Shown: positions 39,595-48,139 of the stretch, piece after piece
How the letters are laid out: the number at the start of each line of letters is the position of its first letter
How positions within the stretch are numbered: the first letter of the stretch is position 1
Origin: an uncultured Candidatus Saccharibacteria bacterium
Lineage (GTDB): Bacteria; Patescibacteriota; Minisyncoccia; Sungbacterales; HO2-52-23
Length of the DNA: 51,230 nucleotides
NCBI GenBank assembly: GCA_964501445.1
Contig: CAZCSJ010000003.1
Span: 1 to 51,230, forward strand
Reading direction: 5' to 3'
Program-made: the position numbers and the translations under genes
Notes under the pieces: model-generated
The model's database searches: none
The model's input: only the letters and a program-made list of their open reading frames with translations
What the model was told of the DNA's origin: nothing

Positions 39595-41436
39595 ATGTGT
39601 GGAATTATCGGCTACATCGGCAAACAAAAGGCAGTTCCCATCGTGCTTGATGGGCTGAATCAGATGGAGTATCGGGGGTATGATTCCAGCGGCATTGCAG
39701 TACTTGAAGGCGATGGGTCAGTGAAAACCGAGAAGGCAGTCGGTCGTATTGTGAACCTTGAAGAAAAGTTGTTAGGGAATCATTTGAATGGCGTGGTTGC
39801 AGTGGGGCATTCCCGGTGGGCCACTCATGGGGGTGTGACGGAAGCGAACGCCCATCCGCATTCGGACTGCAAAGGCGCAATTCATCTGGTCCATAACGGC
39901 ATTGTAGAGAACTATAAGGAACTCAAAGCAGAACTCATAAAAAAAGGACACACCTTTACATCAGAAACAGATACCGAGGTGCTGGCGCATCTTATTGAAG
40001 AAGCAAGAATTAAGAAGCAAGAATTAAGCATTGAAGACGCAGTGCGTTTCGCGCTTAAACGCGTCCGCGGAACCTACGGCCTTGCGATTATTGACAAACG
40101 CGAGCCGCAAAAACTCATTGCCGCGCGGAATTTCAGCCCTCTGCTTTTGGGCATCGGCGAGGGCGAGTATTTTGTGGCATCCGACGCATCAGCAGTTTTG
40201 CGGCACACGCGGCACGTCGTGTATCTTGACGACGGCGAGATGGCAGTCATCACCCCGGATGGCTACCGGATTTTTGACCTTGGCAGGAATCTTCGCGACA
40301 AGCCGTCCCAGCAGATTGAATGGTCGGTGGAACAGGCGCAAAAAGGCGGGTATTCGCATTTTATGTTAAAAGAAATTTTTGAGGAGCCGGAAGCGATTGA
40401 AAATACGCTCCGCGGACGAACGATTCCTGCAGAGGGGCGAGTGCGTCTGGGGGGGCTCACCGATGTGATGGACCAACTCAAATCCACAAAGCGGATTTTG
40501 ATTTCTGCGTGCGGCACGGCGTATCTTGCGGGGCGCGTCGGCGAGTACATGCTTGAGGAGTATGCCGGGATTCCGGTGGAGGTGGACCTCGCATCAGAAT
40601 TTCGCTATCGCAAGCCCGTATTCCGCGAGGGCGATCTCTTTCTTGCGATCTCGCAGTCGGGCGAGACCGCCGATACTCTTGCCGCAATTCAGGAGGCGAA
40701 AGAAAAAGGAGTGCCGGCATTCGGAATTGTGAATGTCGTGGGCTCCACAGTTGCGCGCACCACCGACGCGGGGGTGTATCAGCACATCGGGCCGGAGATC
40801 GGTGTTGCGTCTACGAAAGCGTTTGCGTCGCAGGTTGCGATTTTAGCGCTTTGGACCGTGCTTCTCGGCCGCCAGCGCGATATGTCGGTTGTGACCGGCA
40901 AGCGAATTCTCACGGAACTCAATCGGATTCCTGATTTGATGCGTCGCGTAGTCGCGCAAAATAATTCGGTGAAGGCGCTCGCCGAGAAATATAAACATTG
41001 CAATAATTTCTTTTTTCTTGGCCGCAAATACAATTTGCCGGTTGCATCGGAGGGCGCATTGAAATTGAAGGAAGTGTCGTATGTGCACGCGGAGGGGTAT
41101 GGCGCAGGCGAGTTGAAACACGGGCCCATTGCGATGATTGATGAAAAACTTCCTTCGGTTGTCATCGCACCTCAGGACTCGGTGTATGAAAAAATGCTTT
41201 CAAATATTGAGGAAATCCGCGCGCGCAAGGGCCCGGTGATCGCGATTGCGACCGAGGGAGATAAAAAAATCGCGGAACTCGCGGACGACGTGGTGTATGT
41301 TCCCAAAACCCTTGAGATGTTAACTCCCCTTTTGGCAGTAGTACCCCTCCAGATGTTTGCCTACCACTTTGGCGTGGGCAAGGGATATGACGTAGATAAA
41401 CCGAGAAACTTGGCGAAGAGCGTAACGGTAGAATAG
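39595..41436 (+). CDS. glmS: Glutamine--fructose-6-phosphate aminotransferase (isomerizing)
   Basis: 613-aa ORF with N-terminal MCGIIGYIG (Ntn Cys), two SIS domains and a C-terminal ...DKPRNLAKSVTVE. Confidence 0.95.
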   Translation: MCGIIGYIGKQKAVPIVLDGLNQMEYRGYDSSGIAVLEGDGSVKTEKAVGRIVNLEEKLLGNHLNGVVAVGHSRWATHGGVTEANAHPHSDCKGAIHLVHNGIVENYKELKAELIKKGHTFTSETDTEVLAHLIEEARIKKQELSIEDAVRFALKRVRGTYGLAIIDKREPQKLIAARNFSPLLLGIGEGEYFVASDASAVLRHTRHVVYLDDGEMAVITPDGYRIFDLGRNLRDKPSQQIEWSVEQAQKGGYSHFMLKEIFEEPEAIENTLRGRTIPAEGRVRLGGLTDVMDQLKSTKRILISACGTAYLAGRVGEYMLEEYAGIPVEVDLASEFRYRKPVFREGDLFLAISQSGETADTLAAIQEAKEKGVPAFGIVNVVGSTVARTTDAGVYQHIGPEIGVASTKAFASQVAILALWTVLLGRQRDMSVVTGKRILTELNRIPDLMRRVVAQNNSVKALAEKYKHCNNFFFLGRKYNLPVASEGALKLKEVSYVHAEGYGAGELKHGPIAMIDEKLPSVVIAPQDSVYEKMLSNIEEIRARKGPVIAIATEGDKKIAELADDVVYVPKTLEMLTPLLAVVPLQMFAYHFGVGKGYDVDKPRNLAKSVTVE

Positions 41437-41444
41437 AGGGATGA

Positions 41445-41550
41445 ATCCCGTTAGAAATCTTGGGAGCCTTCGTATATCATGTTGATCTCGTAGATTATGA
41501 CTATGAAAATACTACATATGGAACATCAGACCTTACATTTCTAACGGGAT
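41445..41550. mobile_element. ~102-bp TIR element (MITE-like), copy 3, abutting a start codon
   Basis: TIRs are ATCCCGTTAGAAAT / ATTTCTAACGGGAT. It is flanked by atga on both sides. The right TIR supplies the AT of ATG 41549. Confidence 0.6.
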
Positions 41551-42640
41551 GAAGTTATACGAATGTGAGGGAAAAAAATTGTTTATCCAGTACGGTATTC
41601 CGGTGCCTGCCGGAATACTTTGTGATACGGCATCTCGCACAAAAAAAATACCATTTGCATTTCCTCGGGTGCTGAAAGCCCAGATGCTCTTTGGGGACCG
41701 GATGAAACGCGGGGGCATTGTGTTTGTAAAAAATGAACGCGAGTACCGTGCGCGTCTTACCTCTCTTTTGGGAGGCACCGTGACGCGCGTGCCAGTGGAG
41801 CGGGTGCTTGTGGAGGAAGCGTTGCCGGTTGCGGCAGAATATTACATTTCTCTTTCCTATGACACGGACACGCGCGGGCCGATGCTCGCGGTTTCTATAA
41901 AAGGGGGATCGGGTGTGAAGCGCGCGCACCTCTCTTCGGTGGATGCGGTGATCGGTATGCCCGGGTTTAGCGTGCGAAGCGCCCTCCTCCAGGCAGGATT
42001 CCCACGGGGGGATGTGCCGGCAATTACCGAGATCATCCAAGCGCTCTGGAACTGTTTTCTTGCAGAATATGCCCTGCTTCTGGAAATCAATCCGTTGATA
42101 AAAACAAAGGACGGAAGGTTTGTCGCGGGCGACGCGAAAGTGATACTGGACGACGCGAAGGTGAATCCCGGCGAGCGTCGATTCATTGAGATGAAAGGCG
42201 ATATTGCAATACTTGCGTCCGGCGGAGGGGCGTCGCTTGTAAACATTGATACACTTCTCCATTTCGGGGGAAGGCCCGCAAATTACACCGAGTATTCTGG
42301 AAATCCCCCGGCGCACGTGGTGAAGGAATTAACAAAAAAAGTTCTTGAACGATCAAACCTCAAGGGGTGCTGGGTCGTGGGCGGCACCGCAAATTTCACG
42401 GATATTTTTGAGACAATGAATGGATTTATTGAGGGGTTGCGGGAGGTACGCCCAAAGCCGACCTACCCCATTGTCATTCGCCGCGACGGGCCGCGACAGG
42501 ACGAGGCATTCCGGATGCTTACGGATGTGGCGCGAAAAGAAGGGTACGATTTTCACTTATGTGGCCGCGAAACATCAATGTCGGAGAGCGCAAAGAAAAT
42601 GGTTGAGCTCGCGTACGGTAACAGGACGAAACGCGTATGA
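41549..42640 (+). CDS. sucC: Succinyl-CoA synthetase beta-subunit-like ATP-grasp protein (possibly citryl-CoA synthetase large subunit)
   Basis: 363-aa ORF. MKLYECEGKKLFIQYGIPVP matches the SucC N-terminus pattern (LHEYQAK.LF..YG.P.P). It has an ATP-grasp domain plus a CoA-ligase domain and is shorter than a canonical SucC. Confidence 0.75.
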   Translation: MKLYECEGKKLFIQYGIPVPAGILCDTASRTKKIPFAFPRVLKAQMLFGDRMKRGGIVFVKNEREYRARLTSLLGGTVTRVPVERVLVEEALPVAAEYYISLSYDTDTRGPMLAVSIKGGSGVKRAHLSSVDAVIGMPGFSVRSALLQAGFPRGDVPAITEIIQALWNCFLAEYALLLEINPLIKTKDGRFVAGDAKVILDDAKVNPGERRFIEMKGDIAILASGGGASLVNIDTLLHFGGRPANYTEYSGNPPAHVVKELTKKVLERSNLKGCWVVGGTANFTDIFETMNGFIEGLREVRPKPTYPIVIRRDGPRQDEAFRMLTDVARKEGYDFHLCGRETSMSESAKKMVELAYGNRTKRV

Positions 42641-42641
42641 G

Positions 42642-42744
42642 TCCCGTTAGAGATAGCATGTTGAATATCGTAATTAGAAAAAAAAAACCCCAAAAGTTGG
42701 AGAGGTTGTATGTGTTTTATTCATAGTCCAAATCTCTAACGGGA
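42642..42744. mobile_element. ~101-bp TIR element (MITE-like), copy 4, between the sucC-like stop and the sucD-like start
   Basis: TIRs are TCCCGTTAGAGAT / ATCTCTAACGGGA. It is flanked by ATGAGT on both sides. The left ATGA contains the sucC-like TGA stop and the right ATG is the sucD-like start. Confidence 0.6.
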
Positions 42745-43643
42745 TGAGTATTCTGATTGATAAAAAAACACGTGCAATTCTTCAGGGGATCACCGGCCGC
42801 GAGGGTTCTCGCGCGTGCCGCGAGATGCGCGCGTACGGCACAAAAGTTCTTGCGGGCGTCACTCCGGGCAAAGGCGGTCAGAGCGTGGACGGCGTGCCGG
42901 TGTATGATACGGTGGGTGAGGCAGTGGCGTGCCACAAAGGAATCAATGCGACACTCATTGCCGTACCCGGGCCTTTTGTGCGAGATGCGGCAATTGAGGC
43001 AATTACCGCAGGCATTCCATTGATTGTGATATTGACCGAACACGTGCCGGTGCAGGATAGCGCCTTTCTCACGCGATATGCGCGTTATAGAAAGGTGCGT
43101 ATTGTCGGCCCCTCGTCGGTCGGCATCATCTCTCCGGGAAAAGGAAAAATCGGGAGTATTGGGAGCGGCGGTACTGCGGACGTCTTCAGTAAAGGTCCAA
43201 TAGGACTCATTTCTAAAAGCGGAGGAATGATTGCAGAGATCGCATCTATCCTCACCAATGCCGGTTTGGGGCAGAGTACTGCGGTGGGTATTGGCGGAGA
43301 CATGGTGATCGGGTCGGATTTTGCGGATCTTTTGGAACTTTTTGAAACGGATAGCGCCACGCGCGCGGTGGTGCTCTTCGGCGAGATTGGCGGCACCTAC
43401 GAGGAGCGCGCGGCTTCTCTCATCCGGTCAAAGAAAATTCGCAAACCCGTTGTTGCGGTGGTGGCGGGGAAATTCTCTCGCTTTCTGCCTCCGGAATCTG
43501 TGTTGGGACACGCGGGCGCGATTGTCGCGCGCGGAAAAGGAGGGTATCATTCAAAAATAAACGCATTTCGGCGCGCAGGAGTGCGTATTGCCTACGACAT
43601 TGATGATATTCCAGAGCTCGTGCGCCGTGCGCTTAAGAGATAA
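42744..43643 (+). CDS. sucD: Succinyl-CoA synthetase alpha-subunit-like protein
   Basis: 299-aa ORF with MSILIDKKTRAILQGITGREGS...GVTPGKGG and the phosphohistidine loop SVLGHAGAIV. Confidence 0.88.
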   Translation: MSILIDKKTRAILQGITGREGSRACREMRAYGTKVLAGVTPGKGGQSVDGVPVYDTVGEAVACHKGINATLIAVPGPFVRDAAIEAITAGIPLIVILTEHVPVQDSAFLTRYARYRKVRIVGPSSVGIISPGKGKIGSIGSGGTADVFSKGPIGLISKSGGMIAEIASILTNAGLGQSTAVGIGGDMVIGSDFADLLELFETDSATRAVVLFGEIGGTYEERAASLIRSKKIRKPVVAVVAGKFSRFLPPESVLGHAGAIVARGKGGYHSKINAFRRAGVRIAYDIDDIPELVRRALKR

Positions 43644-43738
43644 TGCCAATCAACGAATTTCATGCGAATCTACCAATTGCGAATACGTATTGGCAATTCG
43701 CATTATTCGCATACTATTAGTAGATTGGCATCATATAT
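43644..43738 (+). repeat. GCGAAT-rich intergenic cassette, copy C
   Basis: catgcgaatctaccaattgcgaatacgtattggcaattcgcattattcgcatactattagtagattggcatcatatat runs up to ATG 43739. It is the inverted homolog of 14756-14866. Confidence 0.75.
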
Positions 43739-44458
43739 ATGGAGAAATGGAAAACAAAAATCAGCGGCAAGAGAGATGGCGAATTCATCATTCGCGGGCA
43801 TCGGCTCGCGGATTTGATTGAGAAAAGAAGTTTTGTTGATGTCGTATTTCTCCTGTGGCGCGGGTCATTGCCGGACGAGACAGAAGCAGCGCTTCTCAAT
43901 GCGATGCTTGTCTCCGCGGCAGAGCACGGGCTTGAGGCGCCGTCCACATTTGTCGCGCGCACGGTTGCATCCACCGGCAATTCATTTTCATCCGCGATCG
44001 CATCGGGCATTTTAACCATCGGCGACTTTCATGGGGGTGCGATTGAGCAGGCAGCAGAACTTTTTGCATCCGAAAAATCCGCGGAGTACATTGTTGCCGA
44101 TGCGCGCGAGAAAAAATTGCGCATCCCGGGCTATGGCCACAAAGTGTATAAAGATGGCGACCCGCGCACGAAAGTTCTTTTTTACAGAGCAGAGGCACTT
44201 GGACATGCGGGCCGGTATGTGGAAAAAGCCAAGGCCATTGAAGCGGGGTTGTCGTCAGGCGGAAAAAAATTGCCCTTGAATATTGACGGCGCGCTCGCAG
44301 CCCTTCTTTTGGAGCTTGGATTTGACCCACATTTCGCCCGTCCCCTTTTCATACTTGCGCGCACTGCCGGACTTGCGGCGCATGCGGTTGAGGAAGTAAA
44401 AAATGAAAAGCCGTATCACCGTTTGGCAGAGGAAGATACGGAGTATATCGGAGTATGA
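43739..44458 (+). CDS. Small citrate-synthase-family protein (citryl-CoA lyase-like)
   Basis: 239-aa ORF with the citrate-synthase-family motifs HGGAIEQA and PGYGHKVYKDGDPRTKVL. Its size is like a stand-alone citryl-CoA lyase or the C-terminal domain of ATP-citrate lyase. Confidence 0.7.
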   Translation: MEKWKTKISGKRDGEFIIRGHRLADLIEKRSFVDVVFLLWRGSLPDETEAALLNAMLVSAAEHGLEAPSTFVARTVASTGNSFSSAIASGILTIGDFHGGAIEQAAELFASEKSAEYIVADAREKKLRIPGYGHKVYKDGDPRTKVLFYRAEALGHAGRYVEKAKAIEAGLSSGGKKLPLNIDGALAALLLELGFDPHFARPLFILARTAGLAAHAVEEVKNEKPYHRLAEEDTEYIGV

Positions 44459-44883
44459 TTGAAATTACGCAGCTTACACGTGCAGACGAAAAAGCGCTTG
44501 GCGAAATCAATGCGCTGCTTTTGCAGCTTTCTTCATCAGGAAAACAAATTGATTTTTCTTTTCTTGAAGAAATGGTACGGGACCCGAATGCGGTGGTGCT
44601 CGCAGTGCGGGAAAACGAGAAAATTATCGGCATGGGCGAGCTTGCGGTGATGCATACCCCCACCGGCAGACGCGGACGGATTGAAGATGTGGTGGTGGAC
44701 GGAGCGTATCGCGGCAAGGGGCTTGGACGGAAACTGATGGATGCGTTGGTCACCGCGGCAAAAGAGCGGAGCGTCCAGAGCATTGAGCTTTCCAGCCGCC
44801 CGAGTCGCATTGAGGCAAACGCACTCTACCAGAAAATAGGGTTTGAGAAGAAGGAAACGAATGTGTATGTGATGAAGTTATGA
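44455..44883 (+). CDS. GNAT family N-acetyltransferase
   Basis: 142-aa ORF with the acetyl-CoA-binding motif VVVDGAYRGKGLGRKLMDAL. It has a 4-nt overlap with the upstream gene. Confidence 0.85.
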   Translation: MIEITQLTRADEKALGEINALLLQLSSSGKQIDFSFLEEMVRDPNAVVLAVRENEKIIGMGELAVMHTPTGRRGRIEDVVVDGAYRGKGLGRKLMDALVTAAKERSVQSIELSSRPSRIEANALYQKIGFEKKETNVYVMKL

Positions 44884-44886
44884 ATC

Positions 44887-45534
44887 ATGATCATTGTTGT
44901 TGATTTTGACGGAGTACTCCTTGATGATAAGCGTTTCAAGGAGGAAAAATTACGGCTGTTCCGAAAATTGGGGGTGAGTACCCGACTTTATCGCGAGGCA
45001 TACGAGGCGGTGAAAAAAAAGAAAGGAGGAGCATACGATTTCCATACGCACCTCAAGGAGATAAAAAAAAGATACGTTGCGTTTTCCATATCCGCGGCCG
45101 AGCGGGTAACAGACCGTTTTATTCGCATCTCACACCGCTTTGTGTACCGCGATGCGGTGGCATTTCTCGCATTTTGGAGAAAACGTAACGTCCCATTGAT
45201 ACTTTTGAGTACCGGGCCGGCGTTTCAGAAAGAGAAGGTGCGGAGGAGCGGTCTCGCGCGTTTTTTTAAAAGGATTATAGTAATTCGCAATGCCGAAAAG
45301 CACGGCTCACTCGGGCGGGTCATGCGGCAGTTCCCAAAACGAGACGTCGTATTTATAGATGATAAAAAATCAGTGGTGGATGGGGTGAAGACGTATCTCC
45401 CGACGGTCTTCACTATTCAGATGAAGCGGCGTGCGTCGCAAGAGCGAAGCAAAAGAGGGGATGCGATTACACGAAATCTCGCGCATGCGCGTCGGATTAT
45501 ACTCTCATGGCAGAAAAAAAACCAAAAATCGTAG
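44887..45534 (+). CDS. HAD superfamily hydrolase
   Basis: 215-aa ORF with motif I (VVDFDGVLLDD) and motif-III-like VVFIDDK. Confidence 0.7.
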   Translation: MIIVVDFDGVLLDDKRFKEEKLRLFRKLGVSTRLYREAYEAVKKKKGGAYDFHTHLKEIKKRYVAFSISAAERVTDRFIRISHRFVYRDAVAFLAFWRKRNVPLILLSTGPAFQKEKVRRSGLARFFKRIIVIRNAEKHGSLGRVMRQFPKRDVVFIDDKKSVVDGVKTYLPTVFTIQMKRRASQERSKRGDAITRNLAHARRIILSWQKKNQKS

Positions 45535-46457
45535 TTATCGGCGGGGGCACGGGTTCTTTTACCGTGCTCTCGGGCTTGCGGAAGCACGCGGCGGATCTCA
45601 CCGCGGTAATTTCTATGGCAGATGACGGCGGCTCCACGGGGATTTTACGCGAAGAGTTCGGCGTGCTGCCTCCGGGCGATATTCGCCGTGCGCTCGTGGC
45701 GCTTTCGCGTTCCGACAAACGCCTTCTCTCGGACCTCTTTAATTATCGGTTTGAGAACGGCGGCGGACTCAAAGGCCATGCGTTCGGGAATATTATGCTT
45801 ACTGCTCTTGAAAAGATCACCGGAAGTTTTGAAGATGCGGTGGATGAAGCCGCGCGCCTCTTGGGTGTGGAGGGTACGGTGTTGCCCGTTACCCTTGATG
45901 ATGTGCGGCTTGTTGCGGAACTGGAAGACGGTTCAGAGATTGTAGGCGAGACCAATATCGATATTCCAAAGCACGACGGGAACCTTAAAATCAAGCGCGT
46001 TACGCTGCGTCCCCGCGCGCGCCTGAATCCTCGCGCGCGGAGCGCGATTCTTTTGGCGGATATGGTGGTAATTTGTCCCGGGGATCTCTACACGAGCCTC
46101 GCGCCGAACCTCTTGGTGGAAGGTATGCCCGAGACACTCAAAAAATCAAAAGCGAAGAAGGTATATGTAATAAATCTTTTGACAAAGTGGGGCGAGACCA
46201 ACGGGTTTACCGCGCGCGATTTTATCAATGCATTGGAGGAGTATCTCGGAAAAGGAGTGCTCACGCATGCAATTGTGAATACCAAGCGGCCTTCGGCCGA
46301 GCGCATGCGGCTCTACGAAAAAGAGTATGCGGAACCCGTATCAGTTGAGGGTCTCAATGATACTCCGCTTCCGATTTTTGGGGATTTTTTGCGCCAGCGC
46401 GGATTTTTGCGCCATGACCCGGATCGGCTCGCGAAGGTTTTGGTATCTTTGCTCTGA
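45507..46457 (+). CDS. YvcK/CofD-family (UPF0052) gluconeogenesis-factor-like protein
   Basis: 316-aa ORF with KIVVIGGGTGSFTVLSGLRKH...AVISMADDGGSTGILREEFGVLPPGDIRRAL. Confidence 0.85.
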   Translation: MAEKKPKIVVIGGGTGSFTVLSGLRKHAADLTAVISMADDGGSTGILREEFGVLPPGDIRRALVALSRSDKRLLSDLFNYRFENGGGLKGHAFGNIMLTALEKITGSFEDAVDEAARLLGVEGTVLPVTLDDVRLVAELEDGSEIVGETNIDIPKHDGNLKIKRVTLRPRARLNPRARSAILLADMVVICPGDLYTSLAPNLLVEGMPETLKKSKAKKVYVINLLTKWGETNGFTARDFINALEEYLGKGVLTHAIVNTKRPSAERMRLYEKEYAEPVSVEGLNDTPLPIFGDFLRQRGFLRHDPDRLAKVLVSLL

Positions 46458-46490
46458 CGAGAATTATGAAGTATGAATTAAGAATTATGG

Positions 46491-47129
46491 ATGAAAACAA
46501 TACGGCTGACTGATACAAATTTCAAAAAGGTTCTTACCGAAGCCGAGAGTACTATTCACGCAGGCGGGGTGGTCGCATGTCCGACGGACACCGTCTATGG
46601 ATTGGTTGCCGACGCTTCGAATCCGGATGCGGTGCGTCGGATTTTTTCAATAAAAGGGCGTGTTTTAGAAAAAGCGCTTCCGGTGTTTGTGCGCGACATT
46701 GCGATGGCGCGCAGGTTTGCATATATCTCTGACGTGAAGGCCGAGTTTTTGAAAAAAGTATGGCCCGGGCAGGTGACAGTCGTGTTTCCGCACAAAGAAA
46801 AACTCCCGAAAGTTCTTACCGGTGGTAAAAATACGATTGGCATGCGGATACCCGCCAACCCGTTTCTTTTAGACATTCTCTCGCGTTTTGAAACGCCCCT
46901 TGCGCAAACCTCTGCAAATCCTTCTGGCAAAGCTCCCGCGCGGAGTGCGTCTATGGTGAAGGAGTATTTTGGGGATGCGGAACACCAGCCCGATCTTTTG
47001 ATTGACGGCGGAGAGACAGGCAAGAATCCTTCCACGGTGATTGATTTCACGGGCACGGAGCCAATTATTCTTCGCACGGGACTCATCACGCGGAAAAAAC
47101 TTGATGAATTGATAGGTACTATGAGATGA
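46491..47129 (+). CDS. tsaC: L-threonylcarbamoyladenylate synthase (YrdC/TsaC domain)
   Basis: 212-aa ORF with GGVVACPTDTVYGLVADASNPDAVRRIFSIKGR...SANPSGK...PSTVID. Confidence 0.88.
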   Translation: MKTIRLTDTNFKKVLTEAESTIHAGGVVACPTDTVYGLVADASNPDAVRRIFSIKGRVLEKALPVFVRDIAMARRFAYISDVKAEFLKKVWPGQVTVVFPHKEKLPKVLTGGKNTIGMRIPANPFLLDILSRFETPLAQTSANPSGKAPARSASMVKEYFGDAEHQPDLLIDGGETGKNPSTVIDFTGTEPIILRTGLITRKKLDELIGTMR

Positions 47130-47157
47130 TGATTGGGAGGTGCGATTATAAATTTTT

Positions 47158-47292
47158 GCTCGGAAAGTGGTTTTCAAAATCTTCGCTCCGCCCCACCGTG
47201 TCGGAGCTCATCAATGGTCGGCCTCACTCGTTCGCTCCGCTCACACCATGGCCGTTCGGCCTCCCAGTGTTTTGAAAACTACCTTTCCTCGC
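47158..47292. repeat. 135-bp palindromic element (GCTCGGAAAGTGGTTTTCAAAA ... TTTTGAAAACTACCTTTCCTCGC)
   Basis: Terminal inverted arms of about 20 bp flank a GC-rich interior. The interior has an internal direct repeat (ttcgctccgc, twice). It is intergenic after tsaC. Confidence 0.65.
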
Positions 47293-47355
47293 TTATATCT
47301 ATAATTGGATGGGAGTGGAAAGAAATATAAAAGGTGTCATGGGGCGTAGGGTACT

Positions 47356-47703
47356 ATGATCAAGTGGATATACAAGAGAATAATCAGGAAATTCGGTCTT
47401 TCTGAAGATCAACTGGAAGAATTAAAGAATAGGTTGTTGCCAGAAAATATATGCAAAGGTCCTTTCGTGCAAGGAGAAAAGAATTGTCCGAATACGACGG
47501 CGTTGGCGATCAGGGAAGGAGCGGGCAAGTTTAAAGCTTCGGGAGAAGTGAAAAAGTTGATGATGAAGTATGGCATAAATAGCATTGAATTATGGGCGTT
47601 TTATGCAATATTTGACCTTTCAGCAATATTGTCCGATAGATATTTTAGAAAATCACTTGTAGATCTGAGAGGTGCAGTTGATGAGTTGGTTAAAGAAAAG
47701 TAA
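47356..47703 (+). CDS. Hypothetical protein
   Basis: 115-aa ORF in a locally AT-richer stretch. No family was recognised. Confidence 0.45.
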   Translation: MIKWIYKRIIRKFGLSEDQLEELKNRLLPENICKGPFVQGEKNCPNTTALAIREGAGKFKASGEVKKLMMKYGINSIELWAFYAIFDLSAILSDRYFRKSLVDLRGAVDELVKEK

Positions 47704-48107
47704 TGATAATCCCTGCGGTTGCGGCAATAAAAACCAGAAGTGTCATGGTAGATAAAAACATGAAAATAGATATTATTGAGCTACAAGTTAATAACTGGAA
47801 ATCGATGGTCGAATGGTATGAAAAAAGTTTGGGATTTACTGTCAGATTTCTTGAAGATGATCATCAATTTGCCCTTTTAAGTGGAGAGGTCGGTGCTATG
47901 CTCGGTTTATACGGTGTAGAGGAAAAAACTTATACTAGTTTTATTCCTTACATGAGGGTTGAAGACGTCGAAGTAGGAGTTCAAAAACTAAAGAGTATGG
48001 AGGTTAACGTTGGTGCTATTGAAGAGAGGCATTGGGGTAAACGAGCAAAAATAACAGATCCCGAAGGTAATGTGTTCTATCTCTATGAGGAAAAGAGAGG
48101 CGATTAG
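47703..48107 (+). CDS. VOC/glyoxalase-bleomycin-resistance family protein
   Basis: It shows the glyoxalase-fold pattern (WKSMVEWYEKSLGFTV...ITDPEGNVFYLYE). The real start may be ATG 47745 or 47760. Confidence 0.7.
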   Translation: MIIPAVAAIKTRSVMVDKNMKIDIIELQVNNWKSMVEWYEKSLGFTVRFLEDDHQFALLSGEVGAMLGLYGVEEKTYTSFIPYMRVEDVEVGVQKLKSMEVNVGAIEERHWGKRAKITDPEGNVFYLYEEKRGD

Positions 48108-48139
48108 TCCTCGTGGGGTTAGACAATAAAAATTAGGAA

